DNA of 64,000 nt. Origin: Cyanophora paradoxa CCMP329 (lineage: Eukaryota > Plantae > Glaucophyta). The position numbers were made by a program, and so were the translations under genes. This document shows, in pieces, positions 9,284-19,533 of the stretch. How positions within the stretch are numbered: position 1 is the stretch's first letter; the number at the start of each line of letters is the position of its first letter. The DNA lies in the NCBI GenBank assembly GCA_004431415.1, contig QPMI01000423.1:186001-250000 (forward strand), read 5' to 3'. Under the pieces are notes generated by a model, which saw nothing but the letters and a program-made list of their open reading frames with translations, was not told where the DNA came from and ran no database searches.

Positions 9284-9592
9284 TTAAGCCAATGTGATAA
9301 GATTCGATCCAAGAGATTGGTAAGCGGTTGTTAGACTTTGGATATTGGATGTGATCGCTTTAAGGTTAGAATCACATTCGGCGTAACGTGCTACGGGATC
9401 ACCATAAGCCGATTGCGCAAGGACATTAACCAAGAGGGTTTTATATTCATGAACAACTGGGGACAGTTTGTTAGTTTGCTGAATTGTTTTTTCGACATTT
9501 TGTAGCGCGGCTACAAGTTTGATAGTATCGAATGCAAGAGCGACAGGCTCAGAAGTAGTAGAAGGAGATCCACCAAGTGGATAGGTCGCCAT
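9284..9592 (-). CDS. Hypothetical helical protein (102 aa)
   Basis: Clean ORF starting 3 bp after the fibre stop; amphipathic helical pattern; no family recognised. Confidence 0.65.
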   Translation of the reverse strand: MATYPLGGSPSTTSEPVALAFDTIKLVAALQNVEKTIQQTNKLSPVVHEYKTLLVNVLAQSAYGDPVARYAECDSNLKAITSNIQSLTTAYQSLGSNLITLA

Positions 9593-9595
9593 TTA

Positions 9596-12500
9596 TTATA
9601 CTGTGACATTTTTAATTTGGTCTATTTGATCTTGTAGACCCTTGCATTTCTTAGATAATTCTTTTACGGCTTCTATGAGAACTGGAATTAAACCCGTGTA
9701 TTCGAGAGCTAAGTAACCATCTTCTTTGCTCGCACATACAACTTCTGGTATTATCTGTTGCACATCTTGCGCAATTAAACCTAATCTTGTTCCGTTTTTT
9801 TCACTTCCGATTCGTTTATAACTCACTCCTTCTAATTTCTCTATTGCTGAAAGAGCGCCGGTAATCTTTTTAATATCGGTTTTGTATCTTCTATCGCTAC
9901 CTTGTCCAAGATAGTTTCTAACCCACATGTAACCGTCGTCATTTATAAATGCTACGTGAACATCGGATGCATTTCTAAACTCTACTACTGTTGTTGCATG
10001 CCCTCTAATATATGTAGTAGAACCCGTCCCGAAATACATTCTCGGGTAATTATCACCGGAGTTTATCCAATTTCCGGAGAACCAAGTTGCCGACAGTGGT
10101 TTACTAAAAACGTTATCCCAACTGATCGTCCCATTTGCTGGTGTGGTTCTTCCTTTTTCTTTTGTCCATCCAACCATACCGATGTAACACCGCCCTTTAC
10201 TTGCAACAAATCTTACGTGTGAAAAGTTATCACAAGCAAAGGAAGCCCACGCCAACCCATCGTGATAATCAGAGGTTCCATAATTTGCGATAGCCTGGTA
10301 AGTATTTACACGCATAATGTGGAACCATCTACCCGATCGATAACCTCCAATGTCGAAATATCTTGTATTTGTCCAACACAAATATTGAACGTGACATGTT
10401 TTCATATTTGCTGGTTTTTCGATTTGCGCCCAATCACTACTCGTCGTTTCATCTGAAACACTGCTGTAAAATCCATCCACGGGATTATCATTAGTAGCCG
10501 TCCAACCGGATACCCAAGATCCGCTAAATGATAGACCGCCACTACCTGTTCCACTCCAAGTATCAAAACCTGTAATGTTTCCAACTAAACTCGGTGTAAG
10601 TAGATTTGGCTTACTATAAATGTTATCCCAAGAAATGTAACCGGTGTGTCCACCATAAGAACTACTATGTGCGCGATCATGTGTAAAACCAATACCCATA
10701 ATGTGAACTCTTCCAACTCTCGGATAAATACGGATGTGAGTAAATCGACCCGCAAGGAAGATTGGGACATTATTTAACCCGTTGTGGTGACCGTCGGAAT
10801 CGCCATTATGAGGGTGATAGTTATTAACTCTCGTAATAAATACAATTGCTCCATTACTACGGACTCCCCAAATTTCAAAGTAACGGCAAACAGTCCAAGG
10901 TAAATGTGTAAGGAATGCTGTCCCATTAACCATTGCTGTGGGTATTGTATACTGAATCCAAGTAGTTGTAGAAGCTGTATCATCGGCTTCACTGTTGAAT
11001 ACATAACTACCATAATTATATCCTGGATCCCAAGGCGTCCCATAACCAACTGTCCAAGTTCCGCCCGATGAATGATAAGCACCACCTGCTACTGTGTCAT
11101 CAAAACCGTAACATTTCGGAACGTCATAACCATTTCTTTTTAATGTTGCAACATCTATTGTTGTTGCACCGATGGTGGTAGCGCTTATTGTCGGAACTGT
11201 CAAAGTGTTGTTTACCCAAAGGTTTCCATTGTTATAAGATTTTAAAATTGCTCCATCTGCTGAGTTTCTGAATTCAATTGAAACACCATCACTATTTCCA
11301 TAACCTCGAATATATGTCGTATTACCATTTCCAAACCATATTCGCTCTATGTTATCTGTTGATTTTAACCAAGTGTTTGTAATCCATGTTGCTGTTCCTG
11401 GAAGGTCTGCGGCTGTAATTAACGCTGGTTTACTATACACATTATCCCAACTAATCATACCATTCGCTGGTGCTGTTCTTCCTACCTCTTTCGTCCATCC
11501 AAGCATTCCAATATGAACACGTCCTTTCTTTGCGAAAATTCCAATATATGAGAAATTCCCACAAAATACGGATGTCCATAATAAACTCGAATGCCACGCT
11601 GTGTCGGCTGTGTTTTGAACATTTTGATACGTATTCACTCTCATAATATAATTCCATCGACTGTTGCGGTATCCGTAAATATCGAAATATCGCGCATTCG
11701 ACCAACATAAATATTGAATGTGACATGTTTTCATTCCTGCTGGAACTGCACACTGCATATACCCATCGCCGCTTGCATCATCTGTTTGGTTGCTATGAAA
11801 CCCTTCCACTGGGTTATCTGTTGTGGGTTTCCATCCTGTTGTCCAAGCGCCGGATTGGAATGATACACCTGCGCTATTCCAACCACTCACCACATCAAAA
11901 TCGGAATATTTGCCGACAGGATTAAAAGCGATATTATCATAATGAATTAATCCAACATCATTATCGGTTGCTCTCTGACGACTCCAACCAAAGACACCCG
12001 TGAAATAAATTCGACCTTTCACACCTTTAACTACTACCTTTTTGTAAAAATCACAGTTTATAGAAGTGAATACAACACCCGAATAAGTCCCATCTTGAAC
12101 CGGCGTATTTTGGATGGCTTGATAGTTATTCACACGTCTTAGGAAATGTTGATGTCCATTAACGGTTTCACCGTAAATATCGAAATAACGACAATTAAGC
12201 CATAGTAAATGCTCAATGTAAAACGATTTCATACCTTCTGGTTTTGTCCAACGCATCCAACAACCCGTAACGTCTGCATCATTCTCAGGTGTCGTATAAC
12301 ATCCGGTTTGTCCTGTTCTATGTCCTGTCCAATTAACAGTCCAATTATTCGCGCTTCTATCTGTCGAAACAGTATCTAATTGATCGAATTCGTAACCTTT
12401 CGGTATTGTGTTACCGCCAATTTGTAATGTGGTAGCATTCACAGTTCCGGTGACGGTTCCACCTGTAAGAGGTAAATAACCTGCAAGTGCCGCCGCTAAT

Positions 12501-15500
12501 TCTGCATCGGTTGCATAACTGCTTAAATCCGCGGACGTGAGATATCCTTTATTGGTTAGGTAATCATCTGTAACGACACCTGAAAGGGTTGTATTGTGTA
12601 AGTTTTTCGCCGCCATTCTCTGATTGACTTCTAAGGCGCCTCCTGTTGTCGTTTTAATCCACGCAATCTCACATTTTCCGTGATCATCTGTGGGTTGTCC
12701 CACAACAGGAAGATAGTTAACAACTTTCTCCCTTGTGAATACTATTTTAGGTCTTGCTCCATCATATGCGCTTTGATCTGTTACATTTACTTGTATCGCT
12801 GCTGAAAAATCCGCTACTTGTCCTGTTTCCCCTGGGTGATAATTCGTAACATAGATACTGGGGAAAGTATCGTTTACTCCTACATTGAAATCGCCACTAT
12901 ACACTCCATTTACGATTGGATCCCTGGGTAATCTTACTGCAAGAGTTCCCACCATCGGTGTGCCTTCTTGACCTGTAAACGACCCATTGAGACTAACGTA
13001 ATGATCATTCAAAAATAGCCTTTCAGGTGTATTAATTGATTGGTAAAGTGTGACTCCATTAAAAACGTTTCCGATTGCATTCAATTGTGCAAAAACGGGC
13101 TGTTCGTCTATTTCGCTCCATGGGTGCCTGTGGTTGCTATTGGTAATCTGTGAATAATCATGAGTGTGTGGATCAGGTGGGAAGGTTAATGGCGGATTTG
13201 TGATATGCTCCCATAAATGAGTATGGGCGAAATCTGTGATTTGCGATTTTGTGTGAGTGTGTGCGAAATCTGTTATTTGATCTTTTGTGTGAGTGTGGGC
13301 GAAATCTGTTATTTGATCTTTTGTGTGAGTGTGGGCGAAATCTGTTATATCTGCTTTTGTGTGTTTTTGGTTTGCTAACCAATCTAAGACAACATTAGAA
13401 GTAGGATGATGCGGTAGGTTTGCTTCAATATTCACAGTTAAGTAGTCGACTATTAAATTACTTCCATAAATATTACTTGCCCATATATTACTTGCCCATA
13501 GATTACTGGTATATAAGTTACTTGCCCATATGTTACTTGCTGAAATGTTACTGGTATAAATGTTATTTGTAACTGTAAGGTTTGCGTCGTTTTTGATAAC
13601 AAATAATGAAAGAATATTAGTAAGTTCGCCTTCATCAATGTATCCTTGATGTTCTAAATAATCTTCTGTTACCACTCTCGAAATATCTTCATTGTGTATG
13701 TTTTTGGCGCTTGCTCTTTGATTGATTTCTAATAAACCTTCACCAACACCACCGTTATAATTTGTTTTTATCCATGCTACCTCGCATCTTTCGTAACTAT
13801 CACGATCTCCTATAAAAGTTTTTGGTAAAAGACGCTGCCGACTAAATATTAATTTCGGTCTCGATTGGTCAAAATCGCTAACATCTGTTACATTAATTTG
13901 TATTGCTGCGTCTTTGTTGTCGCAACTATTTGGATCTAATGGAATTGATGGTATCGGAGGTAATACTTCTGTCATCTCGATATCCTCAGGGTAGTAGTTT
14001 GTTAAATAAATTCCGGGTTTTGTCTCAAACAAACCAAAATTACCACTTATTGGTAAAATCCCTTCTCTTCTGGGTGGTCTAATGTATAATTCGGCTTCCA
14101 TTCCTGTGCCTGCTTCTATTCCCATACGATTAAGGTAGTGGTCATTTAATTGTAATCTTTCTTCTATTTCTATATTTTGGTAGAGACTTACACCATGTTG
14201 AAAATCTGTTAATACATTTCCTGCGGATGCAAAAGTAGGTTGCTGATCGATTTCGTCCCAATTATGCCTGTGGTCTTCTGGTGGAAATTCAGTAGGTATG
14301 TTATCTAAATCGCCCCAATCGTGCCTATGCTCTGTGGGCGGAAATCTTTCCGGTTTGTTTAGAATGTCTTCCCATTCGTGTTCGTGGGGATCTGGTGGGA
14401 ATGTGTCGGGTTTATTAATAATATCCCTCCAATCTACGGTAAAATCGAAAAATCCCGGCTGTAATCCATCTGGTAATAACTCTTCATCTGGTATATGTGG
14501 CTGTTCATAATCTATGTTAGGTGGATCTAATCCATGTGGTAATAGTTGTTCGTCAAATGGTTGATAACGATCATATAACATATGGTTAGGATCAAATCCA
14601 TCCGGCAATTCTTCCACGTCTTCACATTCTTTATGTTCGAGAGGTATAACATTAATATCCGGTGCTAAGAGTTCCTCAGCGGGCGGTTTGTAATCTTTAA
14701 AAACTGGTTTATTATAAACTTTTTCCCAACTAACTAAATGTTGCCCAAACGCTACCGTTTCATCCGCTGTGTATTCTCTACCGGGTTGTTTCTTTGGTGT
14801 GAGATCTGGTGGATCCCATGGTAGCGGAAATGGAACCGGAGTAGGTCCGTAATGCTCTATGATTTCTCTTATGGTCTTTTCACTAACAAGTTTCTCACCA
14901 TTTGCATAAACATTACTACCATGAATATTTCGCCATTGTCGGGTTCTAATACCAAGGTCTTTGGTGTTTGTTTTCAAAGGTAAAAGGTGGCGATCCATTT
15001 CGACAAGATCGGGATGTAAATGTATAGCTACTGGTTGACTGGGACTATTGTCGACTGTGATCGAATCCTTTTCTTTGGAAGTATCCGGTGGAAGACTGAA
15101 ACCAAACAGTGCATTAGTGTTTGAATTGGTGACAATGTCTTGAGGGTAAACATTATTGGTGTGGCGAATCTGATTCTCTTCACCATGCGGGGCTACTTGT
15201 AATATCTGGGGAATTTGTGTAATCGCGTTTGATCCTTCATTATAGATTCTCAAACCGCTACGATGAACTCCCTTCTCATCCTGGACATTAAAAACCAAAC
15301 GTCCGCTATCATAACGTGTGGGAATATCGGGATGCGTTCCACTTGCTTTAAGTTTCCGTGGTCTCCTTCTTGTTGCCTTGATCTCCGCAACCGCGTTTTT
15401 TTTTACATTCCCCAAACTAAAAGCTATACTTACATCTTCTTTCTCTGGGTCTGTTTGATTCACCGTTAAAGCATGAATTCTGGGATGCGTCTTACTGGGT

Positions 15501-15625
15501 TTATCGGCGCTCTGATCAATTGACGCCGACCCTTTAATGGTGATATTATCAAAGTTTACATGTTTAGTGTTTCCTTTACCACTACCTGTTATGGTTTGTA
15601 AATTTGCTGGATAATTGAAACTCAT
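9596..15625 (-). CDS. Giant modular tail-fibre/spike protein with C-terminal peptidase S74 intramolecular chaperone
   Basis: C-terminal SDRRYKTDI...LGLIAQDVQ...PEVV...YTGLIPVLIEAVKEL; His-rich phage-tail repeats (HxHxWxxIxxxPxxFPP, HTHTKDQITDFA); SNxWA pentapeptides; internally duplicated domains. Confidence 0.88.
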   Translation of the reverse strand: MSFNYPANLQTITGSGKGNTKHVNFDNITIKGSASIDQSADKPSKTHPRIHALTVNQTDPEKEDVSIAFSLGNVKKNAVAEIKATRRRPRKLKASGTHPDIPTRYDSGRLVFNVQDEKGVHRSGLRIYNEGSNAITQIPQILQVAPHGEENQIRHTNNVYPQDIVTNSNTNALFGFSLPPDTSKEKDSITVDNSPSQPVAIHLHPDLVEMDRHLLPLKTNTKDLGIRTRQWRNIHGSNVYANGEKLVSEKTIREIIEHYGPTPVPFPLPWDPPDLTPKKQPGREYTADETVAFGQHLVSWEKVYNKPVFKDYKPPAEELLAPDINVIPLEHKECEDVEELPDGFDPNHMLYDRYQPFDEQLLPHGLDPPNIDYEQPHIPDEELLPDGLQPGFFDFTVDWRDIINKPDTFPPDPHEHEWEDILNKPERFPPTEHRHDWGDLDNIPTEFPPEDHRHNWDEIDQQPTFASAGNVLTDFQHGVSLYQNIEIEERLQLNDHYLNRMGIEAGTGMEAELYIRPPRREGILPISGNFGLFETKPGIYLTNYYPEDIEMTEVLPPIPSIPLDPNSCDNKDAAIQINVTDVSDFDQSRPKLIFSRQRLLPKTFIGDRDSYERCEVAWIKTNYNGGVGEGLLEINQRASAKNIHNEDISRVVTEDYLEHQGYIDEGELTNILSLFVIKNDANLTVTNNIYTSNISASNIWASNLYTSNLWASNIWASNIYGSNLIVDYLTVNIEANLPHHPTSNVVLDWLANQKHTKADITDFAHTHTKDQITDFAHTHTKDQITDFAHTHTKSQITDFAHTHLWEHITNPPLTFPPDPHTHDYSQITNSNHRHPWSEIDEQPVFAQLNAIGNVFNGVTLYQSINTPERLFLNDHYVSLNGSFTGQEGTPMVGTLAVRLPRDPIVNGVYSGDFNVGVNDTFPSIYVTNYHPGETGQVADFSAAIQVNVTDQSAYDGARPKIVFTREKVVNYLPVVGQPTDDHGKCEIAWIKTTTGGALEVNQRMAAKNLHNTTLSGVVTDDYLTNKGYLTSADLSSYATDAELAAALAGYLPLTGGTVTGTVNATTLQIGGNTIPKGYEFDQLDTVSTDRSANNWTVNWTGHRTGQTGCYTTPENDADVTGCWMRWTKPEGMKSFYIEHLLWLNCRYFDIYGETVNGHQHFLRRVNNYQAIQNTPVQDGTYSGVVFTSINCDFYKKVVVKGVKGRIYFTGVFGWSRQRATDNDVGLIHYDNIAFNPVGKYSDFDVVSGWNSAGVSFQSGAWTTGWKPTTDNPVEGFHSNQTDDASGDGYMQCAVPAGMKTCHIQYLCWSNARYFDIYGYRNSRWNYIMRVNTYQNVQNTADTAWHSSLLWTSVFCGNFSYIGIFAKKGRVHIGMLGWTKEVGRTAPANGMISWDNVYSKPALITAADLPGTATWITNTWLKSTDNIERIWFGNGNTTYIRGYGNSDGVSIEFRNSADGAILKSYNNGNLWVNNTLTVPTISATTIGATTIDVATLKRNGYDVPKCYGFDDTVAGGAYHSSGGTWTVGYGTPWDPGYNYGSYVFNSEADDTASTTTWIQYTIPTAMVNGTAFLTHLPWTVCRYFEIWGVRSNGAIVFITRVNNYHPHNGDSDGHHNGLNNVPIFLAGRFTHIRIYPRVGRVHIMGIGFTHDRAHSSSYGGHTGYISWDNIYSKPNLLTPSLVGNITGFDTWSGTGSGGLSFSGSWVSGWTATNDNPVDGFYSSVSDETTSSDWAQIEKPANMKTCHVQYLCWTNTRYFDIGGYRSGRWFHIMRVNTYQAIANYGTSDYHDGLAWASFACDNFSHVRFVASKGRCYIGMVGWTKEKGRTTPANGTISWDNVFSKPLSATWFSGNWINSGDNYPRMYFGTGSTTYIRGHATTVVEFRNASDVHVAFINDDGYMWVRNYLGQGSDRRYKTDIKKITGALSAIEKLEGVSYKRIGSEKNGTRLGLIAQDVQQIIPEVVCASKEDGYLALEYTGLIPVLIEAVKELSKKCKGLQDQIDQIKNVTV
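13200..13560 (-). repeat. Coding tandem repeats inside the fibre gene: 36-bp (HTHTKDQITDFA) and 15-bp (SNIWA) units
   Basis: Repeated aaatctgttatttgatcttttgtgtgagtgtgggcg (~13,200-13,370) and ttacttgcccata-type units (~13,460-13,560). Confidence 0.85.
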
Positions 15626-15674
15626 CCCTGGTTACTCTAATAATAGAGATTTATTAAATTTCAATTAAGTAAAG

Positions 15675-17210
15675 ATGCCTTTAAGGGTTGTTTTATCTTT
15701 GTCTGGCGGGGGCGCACGTGGTATTATCATAACAAGGTTGTTAAAAGAAATAGAAACAAGAACAGGTAAACGCGTTATTGATTTGGTCGATCTTGTAAGT
15801 GGAACGTCCACAGGCGGTATTATTGCTATTGGTCTCAATGTGAAAAATCCCGAATTTCCCGATGAACCTAAATTAACGGCTACCGATCTTCATAATACTT
15901 ACCTATATCATCTTCCTCTCATCTTTGCGAATCCACGGAATATCATAGAGAATGCACTTTTCAATACTAAATATGATGTATCACCATTAGAAACCGCTAT
16001 TTTCTCTGTGACTGGGGAAGCTCTCATAAAAGATTCATTAAAAGATGTGGTTATTACGACATTCGACACTGTAAGCATGAAACCAATTTTTATAGCAAAC
16101 GATAACGATTATAAGACTATACCAAGTAAAATAGCGGCACGTTCTACTTCCGCTGCTCCTACATATTTTGCTCCTGTCGATTACAACGGAATGTGTTTAA
16201 TAGATGGTGCGATATCAGGTAACAATAACCCAAGTGTTTGTGGTTATAGTCACGCAAAAAAGATATATGATAACGACGACGATATTATAGTTATTAGCAT
16301 ATCATGTGGTGAGGTAAATGAAACAGACGCACCAAATGTGGGTTACTCTTACGAAAGTGTGAATACCTGGGGAATTCTATCATGGATTGCTTCCACATCA
16401 GGGAGTCCATTAATTAATATGCTAATGGCTGCAAGTGAATTATCGGCTCTTGAAAAGATGCATGAGTTTTTACCATATAATGATGACCAAGGATATGCGC
16501 GATACTACCGTATCTCTGTGCCGCTTCCGAAAGATATCTTAAACTCCCTCGATGATACTTCTAAGATTCCGGACATGATAGCGGCGACTGAAACGTATAT
16601 AGAAGCAAACGACGCCATGATAAATCGACTATGTGAGTTACTTGTAACAAATTATGAGATTAAGAACCCTGTCAGATCCTATGTATCATCCACTCTCAAT
16701 AACATACCTCCTATCGATGCTAATTGGTATCTTCTGTCAGATAATGCGTTTACCGCTTCTTCTGCAAAATTCGGAAAAGAGGCATTTAAAGCCCGCCCAT
16801 CATTAACTGAATGGGAAGCGAATGCATCCGCCATAAACGGAATATGGGAAACGCCAACTGAATATTTGCAAATAGCCTTACCATATACATATGAAATCGC
16901 TTCTATAATTGCATATGGATCAGGTATAACGACTGCATTTATTAAGACTTTTAATGTTGCGACATCGCAAGATGGTTTAACATGGTCATTTATCAAATAT
17001 GAGGGTGTAAATAGAATGTTTGTATGTGAAAATATAAATAATGCACATAATTCTGGGGATGTTGCATATGCTCTGGGGTTCCCGCTTTCAATTAACGATG
17101 TATTTTATATAGGTTATCCTCTGAGAATTCGATATATTCGAATTTATCCGCTGGTATATATAAATGCTCCGACTATGAGAGTCGATGTAACGGGCGCATT
17201 TATACGGTAG
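15675..17210 (+). CDS. Patatin-like phospholipase fused to a C-terminal discoidin (F5/8 type C)-like domain
   Basis: GGGARG, GTSTG, SAAPTYF, DGA motifs; C-terminus EYLQIAL...SQDGLTW...RYIRIYPL...MRVDVTG. Confidence 0.9.
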   Translation: MPLRVVLSLSGGGARGIIITRLLKEIETRTGKRVIDLVDLVSGTSTGGIIAIGLNVKNPEFPDEPKLTATDLHNTYLYHLPLIFANPRNIIENALFNTKYDVSPLETAIFSVTGEALIKDSLKDVVITTFDTVSMKPIFIANDNDYKTIPSKIAARSTSAAPTYFAPVDYNGMCLIDGAISGNNNPSVCGYSHAKKIYDNDDDIIVISISCGEVNETDAPNVGYSYESVNTWGILSWIASTSGSPLINMLMAASELSALEKMHEFLPYNDDQGYARYYRISVPLPKDILNSLDDTSKIPDMIAATETYIEANDAMINRLCELLVTNYEIKNPVRSYVSSTLNNIPPIDANWYLLSDNAFTASSAKFGKEAFKARPSLTEWEANASAINGIWETPTEYLQIALPYTYEIASIIAYGSGITTAFIKTFNVATSQDGLTWSFIKYEGVNRMFVCENINNAHNSGDVAYALGFPLSINDVFYIGYPLRIRYIRIYPLVYINAPTMRVDVTGAFIR

Positions 17211-17403
17211 AAAAAAGAGGGAATTTTTTCCGATTTTTTGATTATATATGTATATGTATATATAATAATATTAATTAATATTATTTATTATTTTTTTTTT
17301 CCAAACATTTTTTTCTCGGTCAAACGGCATTACGGAGGTTTTGGTATATATAGTCTAAATATGTCGTGTATATATGGTATATATATGTCGTGGGAATTTC
17401 GGA

Positions 17404-17511
17404 CATTTCAGGACAATGGGGGGATGATTTCAGAACGATGGGGGGGTGATTTCAGAACGATGGGGGGGTGATTTCAGAACGATGGGGGGGTGATTTCAGA
17501 ACGATGGGGGG
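17404..17511 (+). repeat. 22-bp G-tract tandem repeat (TGATTTCAGAACGATGGGGGGG x4 plus one degenerate copy)
   Basis: Copies at 17425, 17447, 17469 and 17491, in the intergenic gap between the convergent patatin and integrase genes. Confidence 0.9.
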
Positions 17512-17637
17512 AAGAAACCCAAAGAAACCAAAAATTCCAAGAAATTCATACAAACTGCTATAACTCTTCACCAACTTATCGCCTTTCAAAACCGCGACCA
17601 TCGCCGGAATCCTCTTTGCATCCTCTACACATCTATG

Positions 17638-19038
17638 CTACTTTCGGGAACTGGATCGTAGATTTACCCGGGTTTGTGGTGCTGTATATGTCTCTTTTGA
17701 GGTCTGAAAATCCGTATACCATCTGTGGCTGTTGACCTCTGATAGCTTATGGGTTCCTGCTATGACCAACTTCTTAATTTCACGCTCCGCCTTCCCTTTC
17801 TTCTTAGTTCTGGCTTGCGTTAGCGGTTCTTCTGGGACATCATCCGCTTTTTCGATGCCTTCCTTTCGTATCGCCGAATCTATCCGGGCTTCTTCTTTGG
17901 CTTGTTCTAATGCATCACCTGTGGGCGCCTCATGATACTCTACACCTTTGATAGGTAACAGTTCGTGGAAAGCAAACCTTCCATCGACCATTTCACCATT
18001 AGGATTTCGTAACCGAAACTTAAAACCCTCCCTACCCTCGACAGTATAAACGATTCGCGACCAATTGACACCCTGTTTAGCGAATGGGTTCTTTTCTATT
18101 CTCACCCGCACAAACATACCCTTTTGAATACCGTCTAAGTAAGCCATCGACTTCTTAAACTTCTCATCTTCTAAACCTATGATCTCTCTATAATGCTCAT
18201 CTGTGGTTTCTGCGGGTTTTCTCTTAGTCGCTGAATGAACAGTATGGTTATAATTATACTCAATGTCACCCAATACATCGAAGAATCGCGCCGTGTTGTT
18301 TGCTATGCAATAGTTCGTAATAAGCCGCTTAATCTGCTTGTTAAAAGCTTCTATTCTACCCTGACTACGATGATCTGCAACATCGCTAATCTGATGATCG
18401 ATGAACTTCTTAGCAAGGTAATTAGTAAACATAGTATTAGTAAATTCGCTACCGCTATCACTTTGGACGCGTGCGATTGGTCGTGGCACTCTCTTTTGTA
18501 GCTGTTCGAATGCGGCAAGAGTCGTAATAGCGCTCTTGTCTCTCATCGGAATTATATAACCTGTTCTAAGCGTTGATTCCATAGCCGACATAAACGTATC
18601 GTATCCGTCATTTTGCTTCTTATAAGATGGGAAAAACAGAAGATCAATAACATAGGTATCGAGAGGCTGCCTAATTGGTATCATCGGGTCTCTCTTTCTT
18701 GAAAGGGTAGGCGCGTTAATCTGAACGACTTCCTGTTTATCATACCATTCCCTCATCTTCTTATAGTCTTCATCTGGTAGTTCTTTTCTCATAGCTCCGA
18801 AACCCTTATAACCGGTGCGCGGATCGTAAAACTTCTTAGCTATCTTAGATTCTTTTGTTACAGTATCAGTAGGCAATGCCTCCGGGATCAGTTCTTTAAC
18901 TATCTCAGACTTCTTTAAAATTCGTGTGTTCTTTTCCTCCACAGGAATGGTTATAGGTAGCATGTTACCCTGATCTTCTTTCATGCTCTTCTTTACGATC
19001 TTAGGAATGGGTCTTAATCCTATTAGTGATGACGGCAT
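17638..19038 (-). CDS. Retroviral-like (rve, DDE) integrase of Polinton type
   Basis: FYDP..GY, YVIDLLF (D), VQSDSGSEF (D), GRIEAFNKQIK (E), YNHTVHSAT. Start placed at MPSS (19038) from its TAAGGTAAAGATG context and to avoid overlap with the divergent gene. Confidence 0.92.
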   Translation of the reverse strand: MPSSLIGLRPIPKIVKKSMKEDQGNMLPITIPVEEKNTRILKKSEIVKELIPEALPTDTVTKESKIAKKFYDPRTGYKGFGAMRKELPDEDYKKMREWYDKQEVVQINAPTLSRKRDPMIPIRQPLDTYVIDLLFFPSYKKQNDGYDTFMSAMESTLRTGYIIPMRDKSAITTLAAFEQLQKRVPRPIARVQSDSGSEFTNTMFTNYLAKKFIDHQISDVADHRSQGRIEAFNKQIKRLITNYCIANNTARFFDVLGDIEYNYNHTVHSATKRKPAETTDEHYREIIGLEDEKFKKSMAYLDGIQKGMFVRVRIEKNPFAKQGVNWSRIVYTVEGREGFKFRLRNPNGEMVDGRFAFHELLPIKGVEYHEAPTGDALEQAKEEARIDSAIRKEGIEKADDVPEEPLTQARTKKKGKAEREIKKLVIAGTHKLSEVNSHRWYTDFQTSKETYTAPQTRVNLRSSSRK

Positions 19039-19082
19039 CTTTACCTTATTTCCGTAATTTAAATTTTCTATATAATTCATAA

Positions 19083-19484
19083 ATGAACCATCGGGGCTTC
19101 CATGTAATGTTAGATTACAAGTTTTCGAATCCACTAATTACGGGAGTGGACAACTTAGAGACCACAACGAAATGGTTAATGCACTTTTTACAAGATATTA
19201 TACAAGAACAAGGTATACGAGTAGTCCACAAGCATTACGAGATTTTCGATGGTGGTCTTTCACCTCCGGGTTTTACTTTGGTTCTTTTATTAGATGAAAG
19301 TCACTGCACCGCACACTGTTACTCAAACGAGGGCATGTTAGCCATCGATATATTTAGTTGCGGAAGGGACGCGGAGCGAAAGACATGTAATATATCATGT
19401 TTAATAGAAGAGAGGATAATAGGTATCTTTGGTGGATCACCGCAAACGGAGAGACATAAAGTATCGAGATTTCCGACACGGTAA
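19083..19484 (+). CDS. speH: S-adenosylmethionine decarboxylase proenzyme (short bacterial/archaeal class 1B type) or related pyruvoyl decarboxylase
   Basis: GFHVMLDY, GFTLVLLLDE-SH self-cleavage motif, HCY...AIDIFSCG. Confidence 0.85.
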   Translation: MNHRGFHVMLDYKFSNPLITGVDNLETTTKWLMHFLQDIIQEQGIRVVHKHYEIFDGGLSPPGFTLVLLLDESHCTAHCYSNEGMLAIDIFSCGRDAERKTCNISCLIEERIIGIFGGSPQTERHKVSRFPTR

Positions 19485-19533
19485 TAAATGGTAAAAGAAG
19501 ATGTAACAGGTTAATTAATTGTTTTTCAGTGTG

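Noticed and set aside
7479-9592. Assigning these ORFs as major or minor capsid proteins
   Set aside because: No recognisable jelly-roll capsid motifs by eye; needs structure prediction.
19039-19134. Integrase N-terminal extension from the ORF track
   Set aside because: Overlaps the divergent decarboxylase; the ATG at 19038 has the element's start context.
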